From a virus (lineage: Duplodnaviria; Caudoviricetes): 64,000 nucleotides of DNA. The stretch spans positions 64,001-128,000 of IMG/VR virus record IMGVR_UViG_3300033463_006479; one strand, written 5' to 3'. Below, piece by piece: positions 9,372 to 19,110 of the stretch; position 1 is the first letter of the stretch, and every line of letters begins with the position of its first letter. The notes below the pieces were generated by a model that did not search any database, was not told the origin of the DNA, and worked only from the letters and a program-made list of their open reading frames with translations. The position numbers and the translations under genes were made by a program.

Positions 9372-10727
9372 ATGACATACGATTATTATATAAATTTGTG
9401 CGAAAACGATATATCATTTTATAAAGAAATTACATTTAGAAAGAATTTTGTTGTTGAGTATAATGAGATACAAAAAATGTCATTTCCTTCGGAATTTACA
9501 TTTAATCAAAAACTATATCATTATTTGCATAACGACACAGATTTGAAACTCGGAATTTGTTATTGCGGAAATCGTTGTAAATTTGTAAACTTAAAAACTG
9601 GCTATTTAACTTATTGTTCAAGAAAATGTATGGCCAATTCAAATAATGTTTCTGATAAAAAGAAGCAGACTTTAAATGAGCATTATGACGTTGATAATCC
9701 TATGCAATCTAAAATTATTAAAAACAAGGCCATTGAAACAAATATACAAAAATATGGTAATAAATGTACACTGCATAGTGAATTGATAAGTGAACGTGTT
9801 AATAAAATTTTTGAAGAAAAATATGGCGGGCATCCTTTAAAATCAAAATCTGTTCGTGAAAAACAGAAAACCACTTGTCTTGAACGATATGGCGTTGAGC
9901 ACATTTCACAGTCAGATATTGTGAAAGAAAAGAAAAAGATGACTTCAATGGAACGATATGGTGTTGAATATACATTTCAGTCCAATGCGGTTAAAGAGTC
10001 TATAAAGAAAACAAACAATGAGAAATATGGTGTTGATAATCCGTCACAAGCAAAATGTGTTAAAGATAAAAAACGTCATACATTTCTTGAAAAATATGGA
10101 GTGGAAAATCCATTTCAGTCTGAAGAAATAAAAGATAAATCAAAAAACACTTGTATTGAAAAATATGGTGTAGAACACGCATCAAAGTTAGATGCTGTGA
10201 AATTAAAGATAAAAACGACAACATTAGAACGATATGGTGATGAATCATATATACGAACAGAAGGATATGTCGATAAAGTTAGAATACGATTCAAGGAGCT
10301 TATAGAAACGGCAAACAAAAAACATATGAAAACAACTTCTGGCATATCAAGAATTGAAATACTTTTTTATGATTATCTTGTTGAAAAATTCGGAGAAAAT
10401 GATGTTGTTTACAATTATATGTCAGAATTGTATCCTTACAGATGTGATTTCTATATAAAATCCTATGATTTGTATGTTGAACTAAATGCACATTGGTCGC
10501 ACGGTGGTCATCCGTTTGATGAAAACAGCCAGACTGATATTGAAAGACTTAATTATTGGAAATCAAAAAATTCAAAATACTATAATATCGCAGCAAAAGT
10601 GTGGTGCGAATCTGATGTTAAGAAACGGCAATGTGCTAAAGAAAACAATTTGAATTACATTGAAATTTTTGACAACGACATAAAAACCGTTATAGATACA
10701 TTTGAAAAGAAACTGGTGATGTTTTAA
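9372..10727 (+). CDS. Homing-endonuclease-like protein (C-x-C-G Zn site, tandem T-x2-E(K/R)YGV repeats, C-terminal PD-(D/E)XK/very-short-patch-like nuclease)
   Basis: Repeated EKYGVENPFQSEEIK units; C-terminal YRCDFYI..YVELNAHWSH; AT-rich; own late promoter. Confidence 0.6.
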   Translation: MTYDYYINLCENDISFYKEITFRKNFVVEYNEIQKMSFPSEFTFNQKLYHYLHNDTDLKLGICYCGNRCKFVNLKTGYLTYCSRKCMANSNNVSDKKKQTLNEHYDVDNPMQSKIIKNKAIETNIQKYGNKCTLHSELISERVNKIFEEKYGGHPLKSKSVREKQKTTCLERYGVEHISQSDIVKEKKKMTSMERYGVEYTFQSNAVKESIKKTNNEKYGVDNPSQAKCVKDKKRHTFLEKYGVENPFQSEEIKDKSKNTCIEKYGVEHASKLDAVKLKIKTTTLERYGDESYIRTEGYVDKVRIRFKELIETANKKHMKTTSGISRIEILFYDYLVEKFGENDVVYNYMSELYPYRCDFYIKSYDLYVELNAHWSHGGHPFDENSQTDIERLNYWKSKNSKYYNIAAKVWCESDVKKRQCAKENNLNYIEIFDNDIKTVIDTFEKKLVMF

Positions 10728-10732
10728 ATATA

Positions 10733-10758
10733 AACCCGCAGAAACCTGCTGGTTTTTT
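10733..10758. terminator. Terminator hairpin between convergent genes
   Basis: aacccgcag-aaac-ctgctggtt + T-tract. Confidence 0.45.
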
Positions 10759-10763
10759 GTTTT

Positions 10764-11666
10764 TCAGAATAACGATTTTTGTGAAACGAGTTCCTTTATT
10801 CTTTGCAAAGATGTTTTATGGTATGCCTCATCTTTTTCAATGGCGATATAATCACGTTTCAGACTTATCGCCGAAAGTTGTGTGCTGCCGCAACCAGCAA
10901 ACGGGTCAACCACCAAATCGCCTTCATTGCTGCTTGCCGATATGAGCCGTTTTATAAGTTTGAGCGGTTTCTGTGTCGGATGGTATCGTTTTTCTTCGTA
11001 GAAGTCTATGTCAGTCCAGACATCAGTAAGCCCCATTTGCGGATTGAACGTCTGTGCGATTTTTGAATACGGCAGGTCAAACTCCAGTATTTCCGACAAC
11101 TTGTTCCAAAGTTCTTCTGTCGGGAATTGCTCGCAAACATTCTTGCCAGTATATATGCTCCACATACCTCCGCCGTTTGTCTTTACACCGAGAGCCTCGT
11201 TTATTTGTTTGGAAGTGAGTCCGAGTGCGTTCTGTCGTTCTTTAAGAAACGGCTTTATCTTTTTCTTGTTGTCCTTGATTATGAACAGTATGCTTTCCGT
11301 TACATTGGGGAACAACTTGTAATTCTTTGTAGCCCTTCCAGAAACGGAACGCATACCTTTGTCTATTACAATCTGCTGGCGAAGTTCAAGACCGAGGCTT
11401 TCAAGATGAGGTATTAGATGGGCAAGCGTTCTGAAATATCCGAAACAATAGAACGAGCCGCCATATCGTAGTATTCTTGAAACCTCTTTAATCCAAGCCA
11501 GACACCAGCCGATGTATTCAAGCTCGGTTCTCCATTGGTAATCCCAAGATTCACCGACAACCTTCCAATACGGAGGGTCAGCAACAACGAGGTCTGCGCA
11601 GCCAGAATCAATGTCCTGCATTGTTTCAATGCAGTCCCCAAGTATTGTGGTGTTGCGTTCAATCAT
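10764..11666 (-). CDS. DNA methyltransferase (N6A/N4C, beta class) with inserted HTH-like segment
   Basis: DPPY, HPTQKP, DPFAGCGST motifs. Confidence 0.9.
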   Translation of the reverse strand: MIERNTTILGDCIETMQDIDSGCADLVVADPPYWKVVGESWDYQWRTELEYIGWCLAWIKEVSRILRYGGSFYCFGYFRTLAHLIPHLESLGLELRQQIVIDKGMRSVSGRATKNYKLFPNVTESILFIIKDNKKKIKPFLKERQNALGLTSKQINEALGVKTNGGGMWSIYTGKNVCEQFPTEELWNKLSEILEFDLPYSKIAQTFNPQMGLTDVWTDIDFYEEKRYHPTQKPLKLIKRLISASSNEGDLVVDPFAGCGSTQLSAISLKRDYIAIEKDEAYHKTSLQRIKELVSQKSLF

Positions 11667-11997
11667 AATAATCTACGACAAATTTGGTTTTTCCGATAGT
11701 TTTTGTAAATCCGACATTTTTGTTCTCATTCCGTTTGTTTAGAATAAGAACACTTTTCGGAATGCAGTTTTTGTCTATTGGTGTTCCGTCAAGATTGACC
11801 AGATTTCCGTTATCGTCAAGTTTGAACGGATGAGGTTCGCCGTCATTGTCCTCATACACCGCACCGATTGCATTCGGATGCTTGTCCGACAAAACAACGT
11901 TCTCGTAAATCTTGACCAGTTTTGCGAATTTATCATCAACAAACTTGTTACGCATTGATTTGAGTTGTGTGTTTGTGATTGGTTTTATGTCCAGCAT
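11659..11997 (-). CDS. Hypothetical protein beginning with the mature tag (MLDIKPITNTQL)
   Basis: 112-aa ORF right after the CRISPR trailer, overlapping the MTase start. Confidence 0.6.
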   Translation of the reverse strand: MLDIKPITNTQLKSMRNKFVDDKFAKLVKIYENVVLSDKHPNAIGAVYEDNDGEPHPFKLDDNGNLVNLDGTPIDKNCIPKSVLILNKRNENKNVGFTKTIGKTKFVVDYYD

Positions 11998-12041
11998 ATT
12001 TTGTATAAGTTTTTAAATGACAATATGTAATTGGTTGGTTG

Positions 12042-13784
12042 GTTGTAAATAGCAAACAAGCATAGCCATTCAACATTAATGGGTATAATACTTCAAGGTC
12101 TTTCACAGTTGTAAATAACAAACAAGCATAGCAATTCAACATTCGTCTATCCAAAAATTCACTGTGTCGTACAGTTGTAAATAGCATACAAACATAGCCA
12201 TTCAACATTTGTGTAACCTAAAGACCTTGGACAAGTCTTGTTGTAAATGGCATACAAACATAGCCATTCAACATTACGTTGCCCGTTGAGAAATTGGAGA
12301 CCTGTTGTAAATAGCATATAAACATAGCCATTCAACATTAACATCAAAAGACGCTGTGTCACTCATACGGTTGTAAATAGCATACAAACATAGCCATTCA
12401 ACATTAAGAAATGCCTTGAACTGCTCTACCGTTGGGTTGTAAATAGCATATAAGCATAGCCATTCAACATTTGTGTAACTTAAAGACCTTGGACAAGTCT
12501 TGTTGTAAATGGCATACAAACATAGCCATTCAACAATTGAAATCCACCAACTTAATTCCGTCACGATGTTGTAAATGGCATACAAACATAGCCATTCAAC
12601 ATTGATTTCAACAAAAAGGAAATTAGAAAAATCGTTGTAAATGGCATACAAACATAGCCATTCAACAATCAAAATTCTGACAAATTCTATCATTTGTATG
12701 TTGTAAATAGCACACAAACATAGCCATTCAACAATCTCAAAAGATTGACAAAAGCAAGCAATATCGTTGTAAATAGCATACAAACATAGCCATTCAACAA
12801 TACTTCTGCAAGAAATCCTTGCTCACCATATGTTGTAAATAGCATACAAACATAGCCATTCAACAATCTCATTCCAAGCAGATTTGCCACTTTTAGCTGT
12901 AAATAGCATACAAACATAGCCATTCAACAATCTCATTCCAAGCAGATTTGCCACTTTTAGTTGTAAATAGCATACAAACATAGCCATTCAACAATCAATC
13001 GGTTGTAACAGAAATTCCTCTAAAGTTGTAAATAGCATACAAACATAGCCATTCAACAATTCAATTATATAAGGATGGGATGAGGGCTGCGTTGTAAATA
13101 GCATACAAACATAGCCATTCAACAATCATTGTTGTCGAGTTTGGTAATTTCCTTGTGTTGTAAATAGCACACAAACATAGCCATTCAACAATATTCTCCA
13201 ACTTGTCTCATTCCAATCAGCGTTGTAAATAGCACACAAACATAGCCATTCAACAATATCATTCAGTCGTTCATCTTGTCCTCACAGTTGTAAATAGCAT
13301 ACAAACATAGCCATTCAACAATCTCCCTTCCTCAATCAGTTTGAGTTTCACCGTTGTAAATAGCATACAAACATAGCCATTCAACAATTGCTGTTTACGT
13401 CTCTCATTCTTTGCCATCGTTGTAAATAGCATACAAACATAGCCATTCAACAATGCATTCTTTTTGAATCCGCTTATGTTTTCTGTTGTAAATAGCATAC
13501 AAACATAGCCATTCAACAATCATAAACTTAAACAAAGGAGACATTCGTACGTTGTAAATAGCATACAAACATAGCCATTCAACAATAGGAAGTCGAGGAA
13601 TACAAGGTGCGAGAGAGTTGTAAATAGCATACAAACATAGCCATTCAACAATTACATCAAGGAAGGAGGTGCTTATGAGCTGGTTGTAAATAGCATACAA
13701 ACATAGCCATTCAACAATAACCAACTTGCTGTGTTTCGCAAGATTCTCGTTGTAAATAGCATACAAACATAGCCATTCAACAAT
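12042..13784 (-). CRISPR. CRISPR array, 27 repeats of 36 nt, 26 spacers of 28-30 nt
   Basis: Repeat (minus strand) ATTGTTGAATGGCTATGTTTGTATGCTATTTACAAC; degenerate repeats at the low-coordinate (trailer) end; conserved repeats and AT-rich leader 13785-13898 next to the cas gene. Confidence 0.98.
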
Positions 13785-13898
13785 ATATTCTTTTCATTTC
13801 ATTGTATATCAATAAAATGAAATGGGTTATCTCTTACAAAAATGCTTGTTTGTTATACAATATGTCAAAGAACGCTTTATTTTTCAATCAGTAATAAA

Positions 13899-16229
13899 TT
13901 ATTTTGCTGATTTTGTGAGTTCGTCATATTCTTCTTGGGTCAATACTTTAACATACCCGTTTCTGTTCAATTCACCAAAAACGGTTGCTTGCGGAAGTCT
14001 TTTTTTGAATTTTGTCTGAATCATAAACTCGGCAGAATTGTAGCAGTTTTTGTCGGTTTGCTTTTTCGTGAAAACATCACGCAGATTTTTTGTAATGTCT
14101 CTGATGTTCCGTGCTGCGTTGTTGTCTGCGTTCATTCCGTTGAGATGCTGCTCTTGTATTTTACGAAGCACTCGCTTGTTTATAAACTTGACAACCTTTT
14201 TTGTTTTTCCGTTATCGCACTTTTCAGTATATTCCAAAAGATATAATTTTCGTGTTTTGCTGTCAATCTGTGATGTGAACGATGAAGGTATAAATACCGT
14301 ATTCATTGTGTTATTGTTTGTGAGTTGTGCGAACTTGTCTTTGACATCAGCAAAATGAATTGCTTTGATGAAAGAGTTATAAAACGTGCTTTCTTTGTTG
14401 CGTTTGATTCCTTCATTGGTGATTGTGAAATTCATAATATTGCCAGCATCGTCAAGTTCTGGCCTATAACACATATATACATCATTCCATTCTTTTAAGT
14501 TCCACTCATCTTTCGGTTTTCCGAGTAATTTGCGGTAATTGAGAAGTGATTTGATGCTTGGCAGTCTGCGCTTTTTTTCAAATTGCGATGATGTCAAATA
14601 CTCAACGCCAATGGTGTCGTAGCCATTATTTTTAATGACGTTGAACGCATAGGTTACGATGTTGTTACGGCAACCGATGATTTTCCGTTCAATTCTGTTT
14701 AGTTTGACAAGCATTTCTTTTGCTGACGGCTCGTTGATGAAGTCGCTTTTGTAAACTTCATCAGGATTGTCTGTTTTACCGTGAGCCAAATCATATTCTT
14801 GCTGCTTGCGGTTATACGCTTCTTTTATCTTGAAATAAGATATGTACTGCGCACGTAACTTCTGTGTTGAGCCAAGGTAGAATTTGATTTTGTGGTCATC
14901 TTTGTATCGTTTCTCAAGTTTCTCAAAAACATCCTGCATAGCAAGTTCTCTTTTGCAAAGTATGCTTTTTTCGGTGTCTGTGGCACGGGCAAAAAGCGAG
15001 TCCAATTCTGTGATTCCAAATGTTGCGTATTTGGAGAGTTCTATGTATTGGTTAAGCTCTTCGTCACTCGTTATGGTTTTTCTGAAATTCTTATCGGAAA
15101 GAAATTCCTTATACAGATTAACATAACCTTTGACTTTGCCTTTGTCCTCAATACTGGAATTGAGCATTGAGTGCTTTATGTTGATATCCACGCCAACAAT
15201 GTTTTTCGGCAAATTCGGCTGTTTTTCATAATTGTAATCGGCTGTCAGTGCGACAAAAAGATTTCCGTTTTCAATTTTGAATGTAAAACGCTCACCGTGC
15301 TTGTTGCATATGTCAATATTTTCGTTTTCAGCACGTTCTCCATTGCAAACAGAAACGAGCGCACGATGACCGAAAATGTTTATCATATATTTTCCACCAA
15401 ACAGATTTGTCGTGAGTTTATATGAAGTAAGGCCATCGGCTTCGATTTTTGTTAATTTCTTATTTAAGAGGATAACCATAGACAATCCATCCGCTCTTCT
15501 TTTGCAGCCACCAAAGTCTTTCAAGCATTCAACCCTTTTCTGATTGATATATTGCTCAACATCTTGTTTATGGTCTTTCCAATAATCAAACAATGTTTCC
15601 ATACGGAAGATTAGTGCGGTGTTCGGTTCTGACTTTTGTTTCATATAGTCTATTGACTTTTTCCAGTCATCATCATTTTTGAAGTCATTTTTCGTAACTT
15701 CATAAACGGTTTGTTCAAGAAGAACCTCATCGGTCGGCATATTTTCGGAACTGAACCTTTTGTATTTCGGGTTTATTTTTAGAGTTGTCATTTTTGTGCG
15801 GTAGTTGCTTATGACATTATCAAAATACCCGTTTCTTCTGTATCCAGTTTCAAACAATGACAATAGGTTGCCGTTATAATTCTCTGGATTTATTTTCCTA
15901 ACAGCCTCAAACAGCAAATTGTCTGCGTGAGTTTTCGGACAGTCTGTGAAAAGGGTGTAAAGTGGCAAATCTGTTTTTTGTTCATCAATGAAATATGTGT
16001 AATACCCAACACCCTTGTTTATCTGTTTTTCTCCAACATATTTCAACAAATCACCGATAGTAACACTTGTCAGATTTTTGCAAATCCAGTCGGAAAGTTT
16101 GTTGTAATAGTTTATGTATTCGTCAATCGTTGGTTTCCATACACGTTCAATATCGTGTTTTGACATTTTGGCTTTCATTACGTATGCCTTTACGATTGTT
16201 TGATTGTCTGTTTTTTTGTGTGTTGCCAT
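13899..16229 (-). CDS. cas12L: Type V effector Cas-lambda (Cas12L)-like, ~776 aa
   Basis: Likely start MATHKKTDNQTIVK; motifs EYINYYNKLSDWI, YRRNGYF..VISNY.TK, FGGCKRR, RuvC-I GVDINIKH, RuvC-II EYLTSSQF, IHFADVKD, RuvC-III NADNNAARNI, matching my recollection of Cas-lambda; adjacent array. Confidence 0.88.
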   Translation of the reverse strand: MATHKKTDNQTIVKAYVMKAKMSKHDIERVWKPTIDEYINYYNKLSDWICKNLTSVTIGDLLKYVGEKQINKGVGYYTYFIDEQKTDLPLYTLFTDCPKTHADNLLFEAVRKINPENYNGNLLSLFETGYRRNGYFDNVISNYRTKMTTLKINPKYKRFSSENMPTDEVLLEQTVYEVTKNDFKNDDDWKKSIDYMKQKSEPNTALIFRMETLFDYWKDHKQDVEQYINQKRVECLKDFGGCKRRADGLSMVILLNKKLTKIEADGLTSYKLTTNLFGGKYMINIFGHRALVSVCNGERAENENIDICNKHGERFTFKIENGNLFVALTADYNYEKQPNLPKNIVGVDINIKHSMLNSSIEDKGKVKGYVNLYKEFLSDKNFRKTITSDEELNQYIELSKYATFGITELDSLFARATDTEKSILCKRELAMQDVFEKLEKRYKDDHKIKFYLGSTQKLRAQYISYFKIKEAYNRKQQEYDLAHGKTDNPDEVYKSDFINEPSAKEMLVKLNRIERKIIGCRNNIVTYAFNVIKNNGYDTIGVEYLTSSQFEKKRRLPSIKSLLNYRKLLGKPKDEWNLKEWNDVYMCYRPELDDAGNIMNFTITNEGIKRNKESTFYNSFIKAIHFADVKDKFAQLTNNNTMNTVFIPSSFTSQIDSKTRKLYLLEYTEKCDNGKTKKVVKFINKRVLRKIQEQHLNGMNADNNAARNIRDITKNLRDVFTKKQTDKNCYNSAEFMIQTKFKKRLPQATVFGELNRNGYVKVLTQEEYDELTKSAK

Positions 16230-16278
16230 AAATTGATGGTTTATGTGGTTTATATATGAGTTACTTATTTTTTCTGTA

Positions 16279-17448
16279 TCAAAAATATTGGTTGTTATTT
16301 GATTTTTTTCTGATAAGAATACGTTTATAAACACCTTTACCATTAATCATAAATTGCCCACCAGCAACACCATCTCCGCCGTTTCCGTTAAGGTCGTGCT
16401 CGTGTCCAATAATTTCAATTTGATTTGGATTATAATGCTCTAAAATTGTAATAGGAACACCCATTACTCCGTTGTAATCAATAGGAATAAAATCAAGTTT
16501 ATCCACATTTATTGCATCATAGTTATCATATTTGGGGTAGTCTACAAGATTATATTTTTTTTGTTCTTGCGGATAAAATAGTTCTTTTCGTTTGTTGTGT
16601 TCGACATTTGTGAACCAATTGCACAATCCTAATTTCTGATGCACGATACCATCTACCATATATTGACTTTTTTCATCAACAATTTTATTCAACGGAGTTA
16701 TGAAATCCGTTGGTGTCGTGTATCCAAGCCAAAGTTTGTTATCTTTTATATATTGAAAAATTTCTTTATACGTTATGGCGTTTTTGTTACCGATAATAAT
16801 GAATTTTTTTTCCAATTTTATAATTTGATTGACAAATTGGCGAAATAAACTAAATGGTGGGTTTGTGACGACAACATCACATTCTTTCATTATCTCAATA
16901 CACTCTTTACTCGAAAAAGAGCCGTCACCATTTAATTTGGTTACAACAAATTCACTCTCATCAACAAACATTGAATCATCGCATTCCCCGTTATATTCAA
17001 AAGCCAACCCGTTTATGCCAAGTTCTTTTTTTATACCATTACCATTTTTTATATATTGTGTGATTACAAGTTTTTTTATGCCCCATTCCTTAAAGTGGTA
17101 TGTGAAAAAATTAACAAATTCGCTTCTGCCTATATTTAAAACTTTGTCACAAGGCATATACACAATTTTTCCTTTGAAAAAATTTTTGTAATGATAAAGC
17201 TCTTTATCAATATCTTCAAATGTCGTATAGAACTCATCGTATTTGTTTTTTTTCGCCTCTCGCAAATTGCTGTTTTTTTGTTTTGACGGTTTTCCAAGAA
17301 ATTCTGAAAAATCAGCATTGAGCGAAACTTTTGTCGGTGCAATGATTTTATTTTCCAGATATGTTTTAGAAAAACCTTTTTTTAAGTGAATGACGTATTT
17401 TCCAAGTATTGGATTATATATTTCTTCAAAATGTTCAGATTTTTCCAT
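16279..17448 (-). CDS. Adenine-specific methyltransferase, EcoRI family
   Basis: AKKNKYDEFYT, GDGSF.S.EC, VVTNPPFSLFR, YPKYDNYDAINV, GVMGVPIT motifs. Confidence 0.85.
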   Translation of the reverse strand: MEKSEHFEEIYNPILGKYVIHLKKGFSKTYLENKIIAPTKVSLNADFSEFLGKPSKQKNSNLREAKKNKYDEFYTTFEDIDKELYHYKNFFKGKIVYMPCDKVLNIGRSEFVNFFTYHFKEWGIKKLVITQYIKNGNGIKKELGINGLAFEYNGECDDSMFVDESEFVVTKLNGDGSFSSKECIEIMKECDVVVTNPPFSLFRQFVNQIIKLEKKFIIIGNKNAITYKEIFQYIKDNKLWLGYTTPTDFITPLNKIVDEKSQYMVDGIVHQKLGLCNWFTNVEHNKRKELFYPQEQKKYNLVDYPKYDNYDAINVDKLDFIPIDYNGVMGVPITILEHYNPNQIEIIGHEHDLNGNGGDGVAGGQFMINGKGVYKRILIRKKSNNNQYF

Positions 17449-17480
17449 AAGTTTAGAATTATATTTAGCGAATTTATAAA

Positions 17481-17516
17481 GTCACAGATGACCTAAATTA
17501 TTAAGTCATCTGTGAC
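17481..17516. repeat. Perfect 12-bp inverted repeat (gtcacagatgac-N12-gtcatctgtgac) between nuclease and MTase genes
   Basis: Seen directly; operator or RNA hairpin. Confidence 0.7.
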
Positions 17517-17528
17517 ATAACCTATTTA

Positions 17529-19064
17529 TTATTTACTCTTTTTAATGAGTGGTACATATTTTTCTGGAGTTCCTTTTTTGACACATTCGATTAGGCGTTT
17601 TTTCGCATCCTTAATGTCAGATTCTGTGAACTTGTTTCCGTGCAAAAGTTTCTCGTGATTTTCTTTTGTTGTAATCAAAAGATTTTCGGGTGCTGTTTTT
17701 CCACCCAACGACCACATTACAATATGATGACAACAAAAATCTCTTGGGCTATCGTGTTTCTTACCGTCAACGGGGTCAATGCCGCCAAATTCCTTAAATA
17801 AAGCATCTTTTTGGCTGATTGTGAAGTTCCGTATGCTTAACATTTTTTCATCATCTTTTCTCTCTCCACGCAATACATATTCAACAATTCGTGATAATGC
17901 GACAACATCGGGGTCTTGCATAAGTCTATCAACACTTTTGTTGATTTCCTTTTTTTCTTTAATTGTTAATTGTTTACGGCCATATAAAGCGTAAATCCTT
18001 CCCCAATCAGTGAGTCTCGTTATTTTTGAATTTATTGTACTTTCGTCAAAAATAGAACGCACCCAATCAATCACTGTTGTGTATGACTTAACCAAATGTT
18101 CGGCATCTGGATAATTATGAAATTCTTCCATATATGCTAAAATTCGTTTAGCCTTTATTTTTGGTGTTTCTTTTAAATATGTTTCACCAACCAACTCACC
18201 TTCACCGTGTTCTATAAACCATTTGTTTTCACCACTTTCAACAGCCCATATCGCACTTGCCCAATCCAATGCCGTTTCCAAAACAAGTTGTCTTTCAGCA
18301 GCCCTATTATACATAAATGTGTCATAATAGTATCGTCCGTCTTTGTCTTTCTTGTTAAACACAAAACCGTTAATTTTATTTGGTTTTGATGTTTTTGAAT
18401 TTTTTGAAAAATGCCGTTTTGCATCCTCACACCATTCTCCAGTGAATGCGCAGTTTCTTAACTCTTGGTCGTTAAGCAATGACGTATCTTGGTTAATAAT
18501 GGTAAACCAGTTCATCAAATCTCGTTCATTGCCTTTACATTTGTTAATTGTTGGCTTGTATTTTAAAAATTTTTCTTGGACTTCTTTTGGCAATTGTCTA
18601 AACAACACAAGGTTTCCACTTGGGTTATTAAGCCAATTTTCATATTTGAATTTAATCTTTCCTTCAAGAAAGTTAAACAATGTCAACAATCTTTGCTGTC
18701 CGTCAACAACACAATAATCATTTGTTGCTGTATTGTGGCCAAAATACATATGTCCAATCGGATAGCCCAAACTCACACTTTCCAACAACTTTGATTGCCA
18801 TCTTTTGTTTTCTTTTACAACATAACCTCTTTGGAATTTCGGGCGAATAATAAGTTTTCCATCCAACGCAACCACACTACCGCCGTCATCATCGGATGTG
18901 TCGGAAAAACCTTTATATAATTGTTCCAATGTCGGTTCTTCTCCATCGATTTGAAACTTATCTACGGAAAAATCTTGTTGGAAACCCAATCCGTAAGTTT
19001 CAGTTTCAGTTTCAGTTAACACTTGGCTGTTTTTCTTGCTGTTTACATTTTTGCTGTTCTTCAT
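17529..19064 (-). CDS. DUF262 (GmrSD/ParB-like) domain + C-terminal HNH nuclease
   Basis: IRPKFQRGYV, VVDGQQRLLT, F..IN....L..QELRN; C-terminal HHIVMWSLGGKT..ENL...H. Confidence 0.8.
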   Translation of the reverse strand: MKNSKNVNSKKNSQVLTETETETYGLGFQQDFSVDKFQIDGEEPTLEQLYKGFSDTSDDDGGSVVALDGKLIIRPKFQRGYVVKENKRWQSKLLESVSLGYPIGHMYFGHNTATNDYCVVDGQQRLLTLFNFLEGKIKFKYENWLNNPSGNLVLFRQLPKEVQEKFLKYKPTINKCKGNERDLMNWFTIINQDTSLLNDQELRNCAFTGEWCEDAKRHFSKNSKTSKPNKINGFVFNKKDKDGRYYYDTFMYNRAAERQLVLETALDWASAIWAVESGENKWFIEHGEGELVGETYLKETPKIKAKRILAYMEEFHNYPDAEHLVKSYTTVIDWVRSIFDESTINSKITRLTDWGRIYALYGRKQLTIKEKKEINKSVDRLMQDPDVVALSRIVEYVLRGERKDDEKMLSIRNFTISQKDALFKEFGGIDPVDGKKHDSPRDFCCHHIVMWSLGGKTAPENLLITTKENHEKLLHGNKFTESDIKDAKKRLIECVKKGTPEKYVPLIKKSK

Positions 19065-19110
19065 AACTTTTAATTTTTAATGATTAATGATTATTGTTTG
19101 TTATTTGTTA

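Noticed and set aside
11948-13766. ORFs with repeated VEWLCLYAIYN / LNGYVCMLFTT peptides
   Set aside because: Translations of the CRISPR repeats, not genes
16230-16343. N-terminal 38 aa of the 814-aa Cas ORF
   Set aside because: Overlaps the MTase gene end; Cas-lambda similarity begins at MATHKK (16229)
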